Assembly: GCA_964016885.1 (NCBI GenBank)
Contig: OZ024741.1
Coordinates: 335,792,001-335,856,000 of the forward strand
Length of the DNA stretch: 64,000 bases
DNA from: Eledone cirrhosa
Taxonomy: Eukaryota
Reading direction: 5' to 3'
In this document: in pieces, positions 39,288 through 50,784 of the stretch
Layout: every line of letters starts with the position of its first letter
Numbering within the stretch: position 1 is the stretch's first letter
Program-made: the position numbers and the translations under genes
The notes under the pieces: generated by a model
The model's input: the letters and a program-made list of their open reading frames with translations, nothing else
Told to the model about the DNA's origin: nothing
Databases searched by the model: none

Positions 39288-39807
39288 AATATAAAGCAAG
39301 TGATGGTAAGGTAATGCAATTGTCAATAAATAACCTAATGTGAGTATGAATATTATAAGGCAAGTATGAATATTGTAAGGCAAGTCAATACAAGGCATAT
39401 ATTTTTTCATGAACATTCACTTATGCTGTAAAGACAGACACATGATACTAATACTCTATAGAAATGGTCTCAGATATACCTTAGTAGAAGGAAATATTAT
39501 TAAAAAATTATTGGAAAATATATTTTCAAGGAGATAGACGTGATTGCTTGTTTTCACACAATAAGATGGGTGACAGGTTGTGTTTCTTTGTTGCACCAGC
39601 ATTGCCACTTTACGGGATGTTTCTGAGTGTGTTCTTTTATTCTTTCACTTGTTTCATTCATTAGACTGCAACCATGATGGGGCAACACCTTCAAGATATT
39701 TTAGATAATAATATTGATTGGTACTTGTTACATTAATCTCTTGCTGGTCAGACCACTAAGTAACAGAACATAAACACAGATGCACACACACACACACAAA
39801 TGTATAT

Positions 39808-39837
<30 letters not shown>

Positions 39838-39839
<2 letters not shown>

Positions 39840-40108
39840 CATCATCACCGTTTAACGTCCATTTTTTCACGCTAGCATGGGTTAGACGACTTGTTCGGTT
39901 GTGAGAAATGCCAGCTCAGAACTAAGTCTTGCTTATACAGAACTGATTTGGGCTTGGTTTCTACAGCTGGATGATCTTCCTAATGCTAACCACATTTACA
40001 GTGAGTACTGGATGCTTTTTGTTTCACCTATATGACTTCTTTACAGTGTGGGCTGGGGGGCTTCATTAGATGTATGCTTCAGCCTGTGCCCATGGAAAGG
40101 TGGGTCTT
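39838..40108 (-). mobile_element. RTE 3'-UTR fragment
   Basis: Homologous to 4785-5125. Confidence 0.8.
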
Positions 40109-40281
40109 ATATATATATATATATATATATGCACATATAAACAATAAGTTATATGGTTTGTTGATTATCATTCAACAAAGTTAATTTTATAACAGATTTG
40201 AAGTACTCTACAGTATTTATCTGGAGTATTATTAATATTAACAATATTAATAAATGGAAAATATCTTTATAATACCATATT

Positions 40282-40341
40282 TATTTTATTATACGTATTT
40301 CAAGGACACAAAATTTTAGTGTGCTTCCATCAGATAAAATA
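40282..40341 (-). ncRNA. Hammerhead ribozyme motif (family H-A; CTGATGA->CTGATGG)
   Basis: Minus strand: tattttat CTGATGG aagcacac..gtgtcctt GAAA tacgta TA ataaaata. Confidence 0.75.
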
Positions 40342-40659
40342 TAATATTTGGTGTTAAGATATTGACATACCTTAGCGTAGACTTAATAGTATAAGTTCGC
40401 TAACGGCAGTGAGGTAAACATTCAAAATCACAAGGGATATAAGTTAACAAGGATACATTAAAACAGAAAAGGACCGTTATTATAAATGCTAGATACATTT
40501 TGAAAAATAGTGTATTTATATTGGTCGTGTGGCTGTCGTTAGAGGGTGAAATATTAATGCAGAATTATGCATATATATATATATATATACATATACGCAC
40601 ACACTTATATACATACACACACATATATATATACACACATATATATATATATATATTGA

Positions 40660-41994
40660 TATATACATGTATGAGAATTATGTAACTATAGATATATATT
40701 TTAACATATATTTTAAGAATGTGAATCTAATTATATTGGTTATATAAAAAATGTATTGTAGTGTAGTAAATTATAAGCTACTAATGTATATGGTTGAGTA
40801 AATATATAACGTATTTGTTATTTTAACTATGTAAACAAACTTTATAGAGATTATGAAAAGTGTCACAACTAATTTGGTCTTTAAAAGACAATAACACTAA
40901 TTATTCAATCTCTTGGAATAAAATCAGGACGCTCCCGCATACCAAAATTCTTCAATTTCCAAAATTTGTCAAATTTGTACTGAAGAAATCTTTCATATAA
41001 TTACTAATCCTGGTAATAATATTATTAACAAAAAGAAAGAGATATTTAATTCTTGTTTGCATAAATTTTCCAATACTTTTCATAATCTTAACTATAATTG
41101 TTTCTACTTTTGGCACAATGCCAGCAAATCCAGTACATTACTGGTACTTTATTTTATCGACCCCGTAAGGATGAAAGGCAAAGTTAACCTCGGCGGGATT
41201 TGAACTCAGAATGGCAAGGGCCGTATGAATATTACATAATTTATGTGCTATATTTTACAGCTTATTTAAAGATCTTTAAAATTCACTTCTTTAAAATGTT
41301 CAAATGTCACACTTCCGGTTAGCGGCTGTTATATTATAAAACATATTAAAATATCGCATATATTTCCGTCGCTAATTTTCTCCTAATGCAGTTTATATAT
41401 AATATCGTCTTTTTTTTAAATGTATCATGGATTACATTACTGATTACAGAAGACAGTGTGGCATAGACTTCGTTCAATTTCTGTGTATATTGTCAATTGC
41501 GATTTTATTTGATGTATCATATCTACATGTATATATATTTGTGCATAATATCAATATACACACCTCACAAGCTAACAGAAAACCACCCGTGGGGTGGTTT
41601 TCCTACTAGTCTCTATATAGGCTCTTTAACCATATAACCATTTATATGGTGCTCTAAAATCTTATCTAAGTTGTTTATTTACAATATAAATAATAATAAT
41701 AATAATTATAGAACCTAATAGATCGAAGTATATCTTATTCAATGTTTATCGTAAACATACCTTGAATACAATACTTGTAATCGTATATAATTTAGAGTTG
41801 TTTCCCCATTGTTTGTTTACATAGTTAAAATAACAAATACGTTATATATTTATTCACATGATTATTATAATTAACCATATACATTAGTAGCTTATAATTT
41901 ACTACACTACAATACATTTTTATACAACCAATATAATTCACATTCTTAAAATATATATCTATAGTTACATGATTCTCCTATGCTCATGTATATA
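40660..41994. repeat. Inner ~180-bp inverted repeat pair (40660-40841 / 41811-41994)
   Basis: gtaactatagatatatatttt..aactatgtaaacaaac versus its reverse complement. Confidence 0.85.
41086..41609 (+). mobile_element. Non-autonomous Helitron containing a SINE (41096-41225)
   Basis: A|TCTTAACTATAAT start, 3' hairpin gaaaaccaccc-gtg-gggtggttttc, CTAG|T end; homologous to 56710-57586. Confidence 0.8.
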
Positions 41995-42680
41995 CTAGCT
42001 AAACTATCCGGTTCAAGTAGCTTTCGATGTAGCTCATTAAACTAAACAAAGTAAATTTGAATACATAGAAGAAAAACGTACTTTATGTAAACATGAAAAC
42101 CTTAGGCACTATTCCAGCGAAATAATTAATATGTGAGCTCGGTGTCTTTTTTGACAACAGTAAAAGCGCATCATGAAATAGAGAAGTGAAGTGAATAATA
42201 GACACTATTATGTACAAAGCATAATATTGTAAAAGTTATGACATCACTTAATGTATGAACATCAAGCTTGAAACGATAAATTATACAATGTCAAATCTAT
42301 AACTTAACTTAGTAATCTGTTAGAAATTGCTGGTTGTGAAATATACAAAATGATATTGTTAGTCTCAAGGAAGCATACCTTTTGTTTCAAGTACAATTAG
42401 TAAATTAAAATCCGAATGAGCCGAATTACGAAAGATAACTCTTGTCTTACTTAATCACGAAAATTCACATAAATAACCGAAACTTTTTTAATGTCTCCAA
42501 AGACCCCAATATCGATCTTTGAAAGCCTTTGTAGATCATGTACAGGTTTTGTGCAAGGAGAAGCTCTGTAAAAAAAATTCAAAGAAATCGCATGAATGGT
42601 TTAGAATATATGAACCCTCATTAAAAATTGTCCACGCACACACATACAGAAAACTTCGTCTTTATATATATATATACAGA
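41995..42680 (-). mobile_element. Non-autonomous Helitron (second family)
   Basis: Minus strand begins A|TCTGTATATATATATATAAAGACGAAG and ends CTAG|T; 3' hairpin not clearly preserved. Confidence 0.6.
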
Positions 42681-42695
42681 TATATATATATATAT

Positions 42696-43030
42696 CGTCA
42701 TCATCATTTTTATGTCCGCTTTTCCCTGCTTGCAAGGGTGGGACGGGAACTGATTCTGGCTTGATTTCTACAGCTGGATGCCCTTCTTAACACCAACCTC
42801 ATTGAGAGTGAGTGCTGGGTGCTTTTTTTGCCGTGGCACCTCCACGACTACTTTGCAGTGGAATAATATGGACCCCAGTCCCTATCATCTCATTTCTACA
42901 GCTGAGTAAACTGGAGCAATGTGAAATAAAGTGTCTTGCTCAAGGAAACAACACATCACCCGGTCTGAGAATTCAACTTACAACCTTTCGATTGCAAGTC
43001 CAATGCTCTAACGACTAAGCCATGTGCCTT
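42696..43030 (-). mobile_element. CORE-type SINE with chimeric RTE tail
   Basis: Reverse copy of 50334-50708. Confidence 0.85.
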
Positions 43031-43171
43031 CATGGCTTAGTGGTTAGAGCATTGGCCTTGCAATCCATGTGTGTATATATATGTGTGTGTGTATGATTAT
43101 ATATATATAGATAGATATATGCATAATTCTACACTAATATTTCACCCTCTAACGATAGCCACACGACCAAT

Positions 43172-44391
43172 ATCATCATCATCATCGTTTAACGTCCATG
43201 TTCCACGCTTGCATCGGTTTGGATGGGAGTTTTCCCACTTGAGGCAAGAGTGGTTGTCTTGCTCGCATAGGACTGTCTGGCAGGTTTTCTACAGCTGGAT
43301 GCCCTTCCTAACACCAACCACATTTACAATGTGGGACTGGGAAGTTTTTACCGTGTTGCCTACACGGCCACATTACAGCGTGGACTGTGTGTTTTTTTGT
43401 CGTGACACCTATACGATCTCATTTGTTTCGGCCTGGATGTTGTGGCACCAACGTAACTTTACATTGAAAGGGGCGGTGTGGATGGGGTGGGGGTGGTGTG
43501 ACGGGGGCGTATTTTGTTAGAGATGCCTCCTGACTGTAGTAGGTTTACTTTGTATTTAGGCAAGGCGGGTCTTCTCTATTACTGAGTACCGCCAAAGATC
43601 TCGGTCCAGTGACATTGTCTTGGAGAGGTGTAAGTGTGTGAGGTCAGAATTTATCAGGTCGTCCCAGGTTTTTCTGGGTCTGCCTACTCCGTGGCTACCG
43701 TCTATCTTTATTGCCCTGCACTTTTTTATACAGCTGTCGTCTTTCATGCGCATCACGTGACCATACCAACGTAGCCTTCTCTCGAGTAAACAACATCTGA
43801 TCCCTCTTATTTCTAATTTTTCCCTTAGTTCGTTTATGCTTTGCCGTTCACGTATATTACTATTACACATCCAGCGGAGCATGCAAGCTTTGTTCCTCTC
43901 TAGTCTGCATATATCCTCTGCACACAATGCCCAGGTCTCACTGCCATGCAACATTGCTGTTCGTATGCAGGCATCATACAACCTGCCTTTCATTTTTAGG
44001 GAGAACCCTTTAGCGGCTAATAGTGGTATAAGCTCTCTGAACTTTTTCCATCCAGTTCTGACTCTAGCTACTGTACTTTCAGAGCACCCTCCACCACTGC
44101 TGATTTTGTCACCCAGGTAACGGAAGCTGTCCACTATTTCTATAGAACCCTCTGCGCAATTGAAAGAGCTAGTATTTTATGGGCACTTGTTGCTACTTAT
44201 TGCACCAGAGCACCGGCCACATGTGAAATCTATATTGTTAATTAGCTTACCAGTGATCCCACTACATCTTTTATACACCCATACTTTGCATTTGGGACAT
44301 AAAATGGAGTTTCTACCTATGCCTTTCCTACACACTGAGCATGGCCATTTCCCGGAAGGGACCGGCGCCTTATTTTCTTTCCTACAAACTA
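43172..44391 (-). mobile_element. RTE subfamily B, 5'-truncated
   Basis: ORF 43556-44134 plus PHD region to 44390; (GAT)n tail. Confidence 0.93.
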
Positions 44392-44563
44392 TAAATACGC
44401 TATTTTAAAAAGTTTATCTAGTGTCTATAATAACGGTCCTTTTCTGTTTTAATGTATCCCTGTTAACTTATATCGCCTGTGATTTTGAATTTATACCTCA
44501 CTGCCGTTAGCGAGCTTATACTATTAAATCTACGCTAAGGTATGTCAATATCTTAACACCAAA

Positions 44564-44619
44564 TATTTTGATGAAAGCACACTAAAATTGTGTGTCCTTG
44601 AAATACGTATACTAAAATA
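44564..44619 (+). ncRNA. Degenerate hammerhead (family H-A), inverted partner of 40282
   Basis: tattt-TGATGA aagcacac..gtgtcctt GAAA tacgta TA ctaaaata; a small deletion removes C3. Confidence 0.65.
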
Positions 44620-44662
44620 AATATGCTATTATAATGATATTTTCCATTTATTAATATTGTTA

Positions 44663-44693
<31 letters not shown>

Positions 44694-44784
44694 TATATGT
44701 AAAAAGTAAACAGAAATAACAAAACAAACAACACAGTACAATGAAGAAATATATTAGTTTAACACTTCAAATAATAGGAAAAGA

Positions 44785-44822
44785 ATCTTGATGTTTCAGA
44801 CATTAATTCTTCATCAGAAGAT
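44785..44822 (-). ncRNA. Minimal hammerhead ribozyme motif (very short stem III)
   Basis: Minus strand: atctt CTGATGA aga-attaatg-tct GAAA ca TC aagat. Confidence 0.7.
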
Positions 44823-44930
44823 AGAATGAGGAATAGAGGATGAAATTGAAAGTTAGAGAATGAGATGAGGAAGGAACAGAAAAAAAATTGAGGAAAAACT
44901 TCACATGCATATTCAGTCAGCCATTTTGGT

Positions 44931-45343
44931 ATCATCATCATCATCATCATCAGGTTTAGCGTCCGTGTTCCACGCTTGCATGGGTTTGGACGGGGGTTTT
45001 CCCACTTGAGGCAAGAGTGGTTGTCTTGCTCGCATAGGACTGTCTGGCGGGTTTTCTACAGTTGGATGCCCTTCCTAACACCAACCACATTTACAGTGTG
45101 GGGCTGGGAGGTTTTTACCGTGTTGCCTACACAGCCACATTACAGCGTGGACTGTCTGGCGGGTTTTCTACAGCTGGATGCCCTTCCTAACACCAACCAC
45201 ATTTACAGTGTGGGGCTGGGAGGTTTTTACCGTGTTGCCTACACGGCCACATTTACAGCGTGGACTGTGTGTTTTTTTGTCGTGACACCTACACGATCTC
45301 ATTTGTTTCGGCATGGATGTTGTGGGACCAACATAACTTTACA
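44931..45343 (-). mobile_element. RTE subfamily B 3' UTR with ~83-bp duplication
   Basis: Near-identical to 10654-11065. Confidence 0.9.
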
Positions 45344-48300
45344 TATACATATGATAAAACACACCCACTACACACTAAATAGCTTCTCTAGTGTTGATGC
45401 CATGATAAAATGCACCTAATATACCTTGTAAAGTAGATGCCAAGATAAAATGCATCTAGTATGCTCTGCAAAGTGTTTGGCATTAAGAAGGGTATCCAGT
45501 CATAGAAACCATATCAAAACATAGAACATGAACAAAATGAGGTTCTGTGTCTCGTTTAGTCTTGGACCATGACAACTTGTTCTATCCCTGTCAATAAGAA
45601 AAGCAGGCATAAAATGATAATTGTAATGTTGATGTTGGTGATATCTCCAGGTATTATAAATCACATGATTTTTAATCAAAATAAAGATAAAAAAATTATG
45701 ATTTAATTTTTAATAATTACCTTCTTTTTTCTTGAAATAATATTTGATAAATTTTCATTTTCCGTTTTCTTAAAAAAAGAAAAAGAAAAAATGAATAGCA
45801 AAGAAAGGAAACTAATCCAATTGAAAGGAGCTTAATTAAAGTCTTAGGTAACGAGTAGGTAACGAGAGGAAGAAGTTAGAAAAAAGCAATGACAATGAAT
45901 TTTAAGCATTTTTCTTATAGCAAACTAATTTTTCATTTCCTTATTCCTTGCTGTTGCAAGTAATTATAGCATAAAATCAACACCATTCTGGTAATCAGCA
46001 GGACATCTACCTACTACCTACTCCTCTACCACTAATTAAATGCTTCATCAGCCTGGAAAATATACAGAAATAAGATTCACAAGACTAAAATCCCAATGGA
46101 ATTTCTTTGATAACTTTTTTTCTGTCTGAAAATTTATGTCAGTGAATATATAAGACTATAAGAATGCTCATTAAAACATAGATTTGTGGCAACAGAAATG
46201 TCTTCAATGTATTTTTAATGCATCTTTTAGCTTGACAGTATTTTCCTAATATTTTTTACTAGAGCAGATTATCATTATTGGACCTCCATCAGTTCCAAAG
46301 ATGACTGTTCCAGTTGATTTGATCAAAGGAACAACCTGCTCATGAAATTAATGCACAAGAGGCTAAACATTCCACAGACATGTGTATCCTTAATATAGAT
46401 CTCATGGGGATTGTGGGGCTGGGGCCCTTGCTGGAAGTATAAGGGTCTGTGATGTCAAAGGGCTTGAGGGCCTTGCTGGAAGTAGAAGGGGAGTGATGTT
46501 ACATAAAGGGACATATGAAGTGGCAGGAGTATGGTATGCATCTGTTTATACATTCTGGCCAGAGGTTTGGCAGGTAGGGTACTCACAGATATATCCCATT
46601 CTTCCTGTTATGTGCCTCATCTCCCAAATAAAATAATTTCAATTTACAGGTTGGCAAACTGACAAACCAAGTCCTGGGAATGTCTTGACCACACTAAGAA
46701 ATTGACTAAGTCTGCAACTTTACTACAGTTCACACTCACACAAAATATTGTGATAGGTTATAATACCATATAAGCCCCTCTGCCCCTTTGGATATAGCCA
46801 CAGTACTGCTACAGAACAAAGTTGTTTAACAGTTAATTTATTAAAGAAGCATTGTGGGATATGTAATAAATGACTGATAAGTTTCAGAAAGCTGGTACAA
46901 TGTAGTAGATATATATAAAGGGCAAATGATGACTATAATGGCTCTGTATATTCCAGACATGTAGACCAGTTAGGGAAGAACACAGCGATCATTTTTGTTT
47001 TGAACCATTTCTGTTTCGCATTTGAAAAGAGGGTTTTAGCCCTGAAATATGCTGGGTAAAACATTACTTTGTTTTGTTTTATTTGTACTGTCTTTTTGAA
47101 AGTCCTCAGTCATTAATTAATATATTAATTACAGGAAATTATATATCTAATGTAATTATGCAAATTTGTAGAAAATTTTGATCCTTTAAGTTTCAGTAAA
47201 ACACCCTTCTGTTGTCTGCAACCTCAGCAACATGGTCATAACCCTTCCTTTATCATATTTCTAGTGAAACACACTGTCTCTGAATTTCAAATAATTTTGT
47301 AAATAATCAATAATTTGGAGGGATTTAGTAAAATAATTAACATTATGAAGCTGGTGTTTGGAGCATAACATAGCAAAGATTTTTACATAAAATTATGATA
47401 GGTTTTTAGATAAATATAAACACTTTAAAACAAGCAGTTTTAATTATAGAACCAAGCAAGGTTTCAGGCAGTTTGGTTTTAAAAAGTTTAATGGTAACTC
47501 TAGCCCTGCCTGTGTCATGACTGATAAGAAATCGATTGGTTTTTGAAAACAGTAAATATTTTAGTTTTCATGACTAGAAAACACCAAGTTCACCCTGAAA
47601 ATGGTAGTGGTGTTGTAATTTAAAAAAAAAGTTCCCAGTACACACAGTAATGTGGTTGGCATTAAGAAGGGCATCCAACTATAGAAAACAGATTGTATTT
47701 GCTAGACATAGTCATCTGATCTGTCTAACCTCAGAATATGACAACCCATCTAACCCATGGAAAATGGACAAACAGTAATGACGATGATCAAATGAAAAGA
47801 AACTGCTTCACTGAAAAGGAGTGTGGTAGGGGTAGTGGTAGAAACACACCCTTCACATTTCAGATTCATGTTTGTTGATCTTTGGCAAATTATTTTTCTT
47901 TTCATAATTGTTGTCTAAAAGCATAAAATAATTGATTAGCAAAACATTATAATTAGTATAGATAGATTTCCTTTCCTTCCTGAAACTGCTTCATAATACC
48001 ATGGAAAATTATATACTATTAATTTTTTTTCACATGACTGTCTCTCTCTACACACACATATATGCGTACATACATATATATATGTGTGTTTGTGTATTCC
48101 CTGTAAATCACACGGGCTTGGCTTACCTCCTCTTTAATGTGACATCACACATCACAGTAAGTTAAGTATTACTACTACATAACTTGTGTCCTCCAACATG
48201 GGGTACTAGCTAGCCATATGGAACTTTCCAGTCCAAGGAGGTGAACTCCCACTGATGACGCAGTTCCTGCCTAATTACGTAATGTATACTAGCATTACCT

Positions 48301-48404
48301 AATTCTGCACATGGTGGTTCCATTCGGACCACCATCTGGGAGATAATAATTATAGAAACTGCTGCATCGATTTGGGTAACACAGATCTCTTACCCACATG
48401 AAGT

Positions 48405-48705
48405 CGTCATGAATGACCATGGAATTTTGCACAAAGAATGTTCCCCACCAATGCACAAGTCCGGGTAAGGTTGTTTGTGAAGACCAGTAGTCGTTCATGC
48501 ATGCCAGTCTCCCATCTCCATGCCACCTATGTTGTCCAAGGGAAAGGCAAAAGCCAATACAGCTTGGTATAGCAACTCATTTCTATGGCTGAGTGAACTT
48601 GAACAACATGAACTAAAGTGTCTTGCTCAAGAACACAATGCAAAGCTGATCTGAGAATTGAACTCAAAACTTCACATTTGTAAACCCGACACTCTAACCA
48701 ATAAG
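48405..48705 (-). mobile_element. CORE-type tRNA SINE
   Basis: Reverse homolog of 155-498. Confidence 0.75.
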
Positions 48706-48714
48706 CCTATATAT

Positions 48715-50099
48715 ATATAGTGAGGAATTTAGCGTACAGGTTGGTGTCCACCAGGGCTCTGTTCTTAGCCCTCTCCTGTTCATCATAGTCCTGCAGGCAA
48801 TAATGGAGGAGTTTAAGACCGGATGCCCATGGGAACTCCTGTATGCTGATGACCTCGCACTTATAGCTGAATCTATGGTAGAACTAGAGAAGAAATTCCA
48901 AACTTGGAAGCAAGGACTAGAAAGAAAGGGTCTCAAAGTCAACATGACAAAGACTAAGGTCCTTGTAAGTAGACGAGAAAACAGAACCCAGATCCCCTCA
49001 GGGACATGGCCTTGCTCAGTATGTAGGAAAGGTGTAGGTAGGAACTCCATTCTCTGCCCCAAATGCAAACAATGGGTACACAAGAGATGTAGCGGGATCT
49101 CAGGAAGCTTAATTAAGAATGTAGGCTTCACATGCAGCAGCTGTACTGGGACAGCAAGCAGCAAACAGCCACAGGAAACAAGTACCACCAATCTCTGGGA
49201 GGGCTCTGTCGAGACAGTAGACAGCTTCTGCTACCTAGGTGACCGAATTAGCAGCAGAGGTGGGTGTTCAGAAAGTACAATAACTAGGGGAAGAAGTTCA
49301 GGGAACTACTGCCACTGCTAGCTGCAAAAGGCTTCTCCCTCAAAATGAAAGGCAGACTGTATGATGCGTGTATCCGAACAGCAATGTTACATGGTAGTGA
49401 GACCTGGGCGCTGAAGGTGGAAGACTTACGTAGATTAGAGAGAAACGAAGCCTGCATGCTCCGATGGATGTGTAATAGTAATATACGTGACTGACAAAGC
49501 ATAAATGAATTGAGAGAGAGACTGAGCATAAGAGGAATCAAATGCTGTGTGCAGGAGAGGCGGTTGCATTGGTATGGACATGTGATGTGTATGAAGGATG
49601 ACAGCTGCATAAAAAGGTGCAGAGCACTAGAAGTCAATGGAAACTACGGAGTGGGGAGACCCAAGATGACCTGGGATGAGGTGATAAAAGCCGACCTTAC
49701 CCAATTACACCTCTCCAAGGCGATGGCACACGACCGTGACCTCTGGCGTCACGCAGTAATACAGAGTACCCGACCTCCCATGGGTACAAGCTGAAGCATA
49801 TAGACAATATGCCCCCACACCCTCCCACTGCAAGGTGGTTGTGGAGGTGCCACGGCAAAAAAGCACCCAGCCCACACTGTAAAGTGGACGTGTAGGCGCC
49901 ACGAAAAAGCACCCAGCACTCACTGTAAATGAGGTTGGTGTTAGGAAGGGCATCCAGCTGTAGAAATCAAGTCAAATCAGTTCCTGTATGAGCAAGGCAT
50001 GGTCAGCCGACCAGACACTATCACAACAGGACAACCTCTCTAACCCATGCTAGCGTGGAAGAACGGACGTAAAACGGTGATGATGATGATGATGATGAT
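48715..50099 (+). mobile_element. RTE subfamily A, 5'-truncated
   Basis: ORF pieces 48803-49321 and 49510-49794, highly similar to 4785-6185; (GAT)n tail. Confidence 0.95.
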
Positions 50100-50184
50100 A
50101 TATATATAGTGTCTACAGTGCTAAGCAATGAAAGACCACTAAAGTAGTACTCGATGCATAATGGGATTCAGAGTTGGTATATGT

Positions 50185-50302
50185 AGAGGAAAATATTTGA
50201 CCGTGAGCTCCTACTATTTCTGCTTGTGAATTCCTGAAGACAATCGTCTGTGTGAAGTTACAAGCAGAAACCCTAGGAGCTCAAGTTTGAATATTTTCTT
50301 CT
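50185..50302. mobile_element. Small MITE-like inverted repeat
   Basis: agaggaaaatatt..gagctccta..tttctgcttgt / acaagcagaaa..taggagctc..aatattttcttct. Confidence 0.6.
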
Positions 50303-50333
50303 TAAAAAAAAAAAAATATATATATATATATGC

Positions 50334-50708
50334 ACATGGCTTAGTGGTTAGAGCATTGGGCTTGCAATCGAAAGGTTGTGAGTTCAATTCTTAGACCAGG
50401 TGATGTGTTATTTCCTTGAGCAAGACACTTTATTTCACATTGCTCCAGTTTACTCAGCTGTAGAAATGAGATGATAGGACTGGGGACCCTATCATTCCAC
50501 TGCAAAGTGGTCGTAGAGGTGCTACTGCAAAAAAGCACCCAGCCCACACTGTAAAGTGGACGTGTAGGCGTCACGAAAAAAAAAAGCACCCAGCACTCAC
50601 TGTAAGTGAGGTTGGTGTTAGGAAGGGCATCCAGCTGTAGAAATCAAACCAGAATCAGTTTCCGTCCCACCCTTGTAAGCAGGGAAAAATGGACATAAAA
50701 TGATGATA
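50334..50708 (+). mobile_element. tRNA-CORE SINE with tail built from RTE-A 3' UTR plus RTE-C terminus
   Basis: A/B boxes, CORE-like segment, 50497-50660 matches 49825-49983, last ~45 nt match 29038-29085. Confidence 0.85.
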
Positions 50709-50748
50709 TATATACAAAGTAATGATATATATATATATATATGCACAT

Positions 50749-50784
<36 letters not shown>

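Larger units (their letters stand above)
40236..44665. mobile_element. Inverted pair of ~340-bp hammerhead-bearing units (Penelope pLTR/retrozyme-like) enclosing nested insertions
   Basis: Left arm 40236-40575; right arm 43119-43172 plus 44390-44665, split by an RTE. Confidence 0.75.

Noticed and set aside
38621-39416. Hydrophobic LCYW-repeat ORFs
   Set aside because: Artefact of the 20-bp minisatellite
41427-41609. Conserved 60-65 aa ORF MDYITDYRR.. present twice (also 57405-57602)
   Set aside because: Similarity is explained by two copies of the same Helitron; no evidence of coding constraint
47015-47062. Possible decayed hammerhead (ttgaaaa gaggg..ccct gaaa)
   Set aside because: Core and stem I are too degenerate to support
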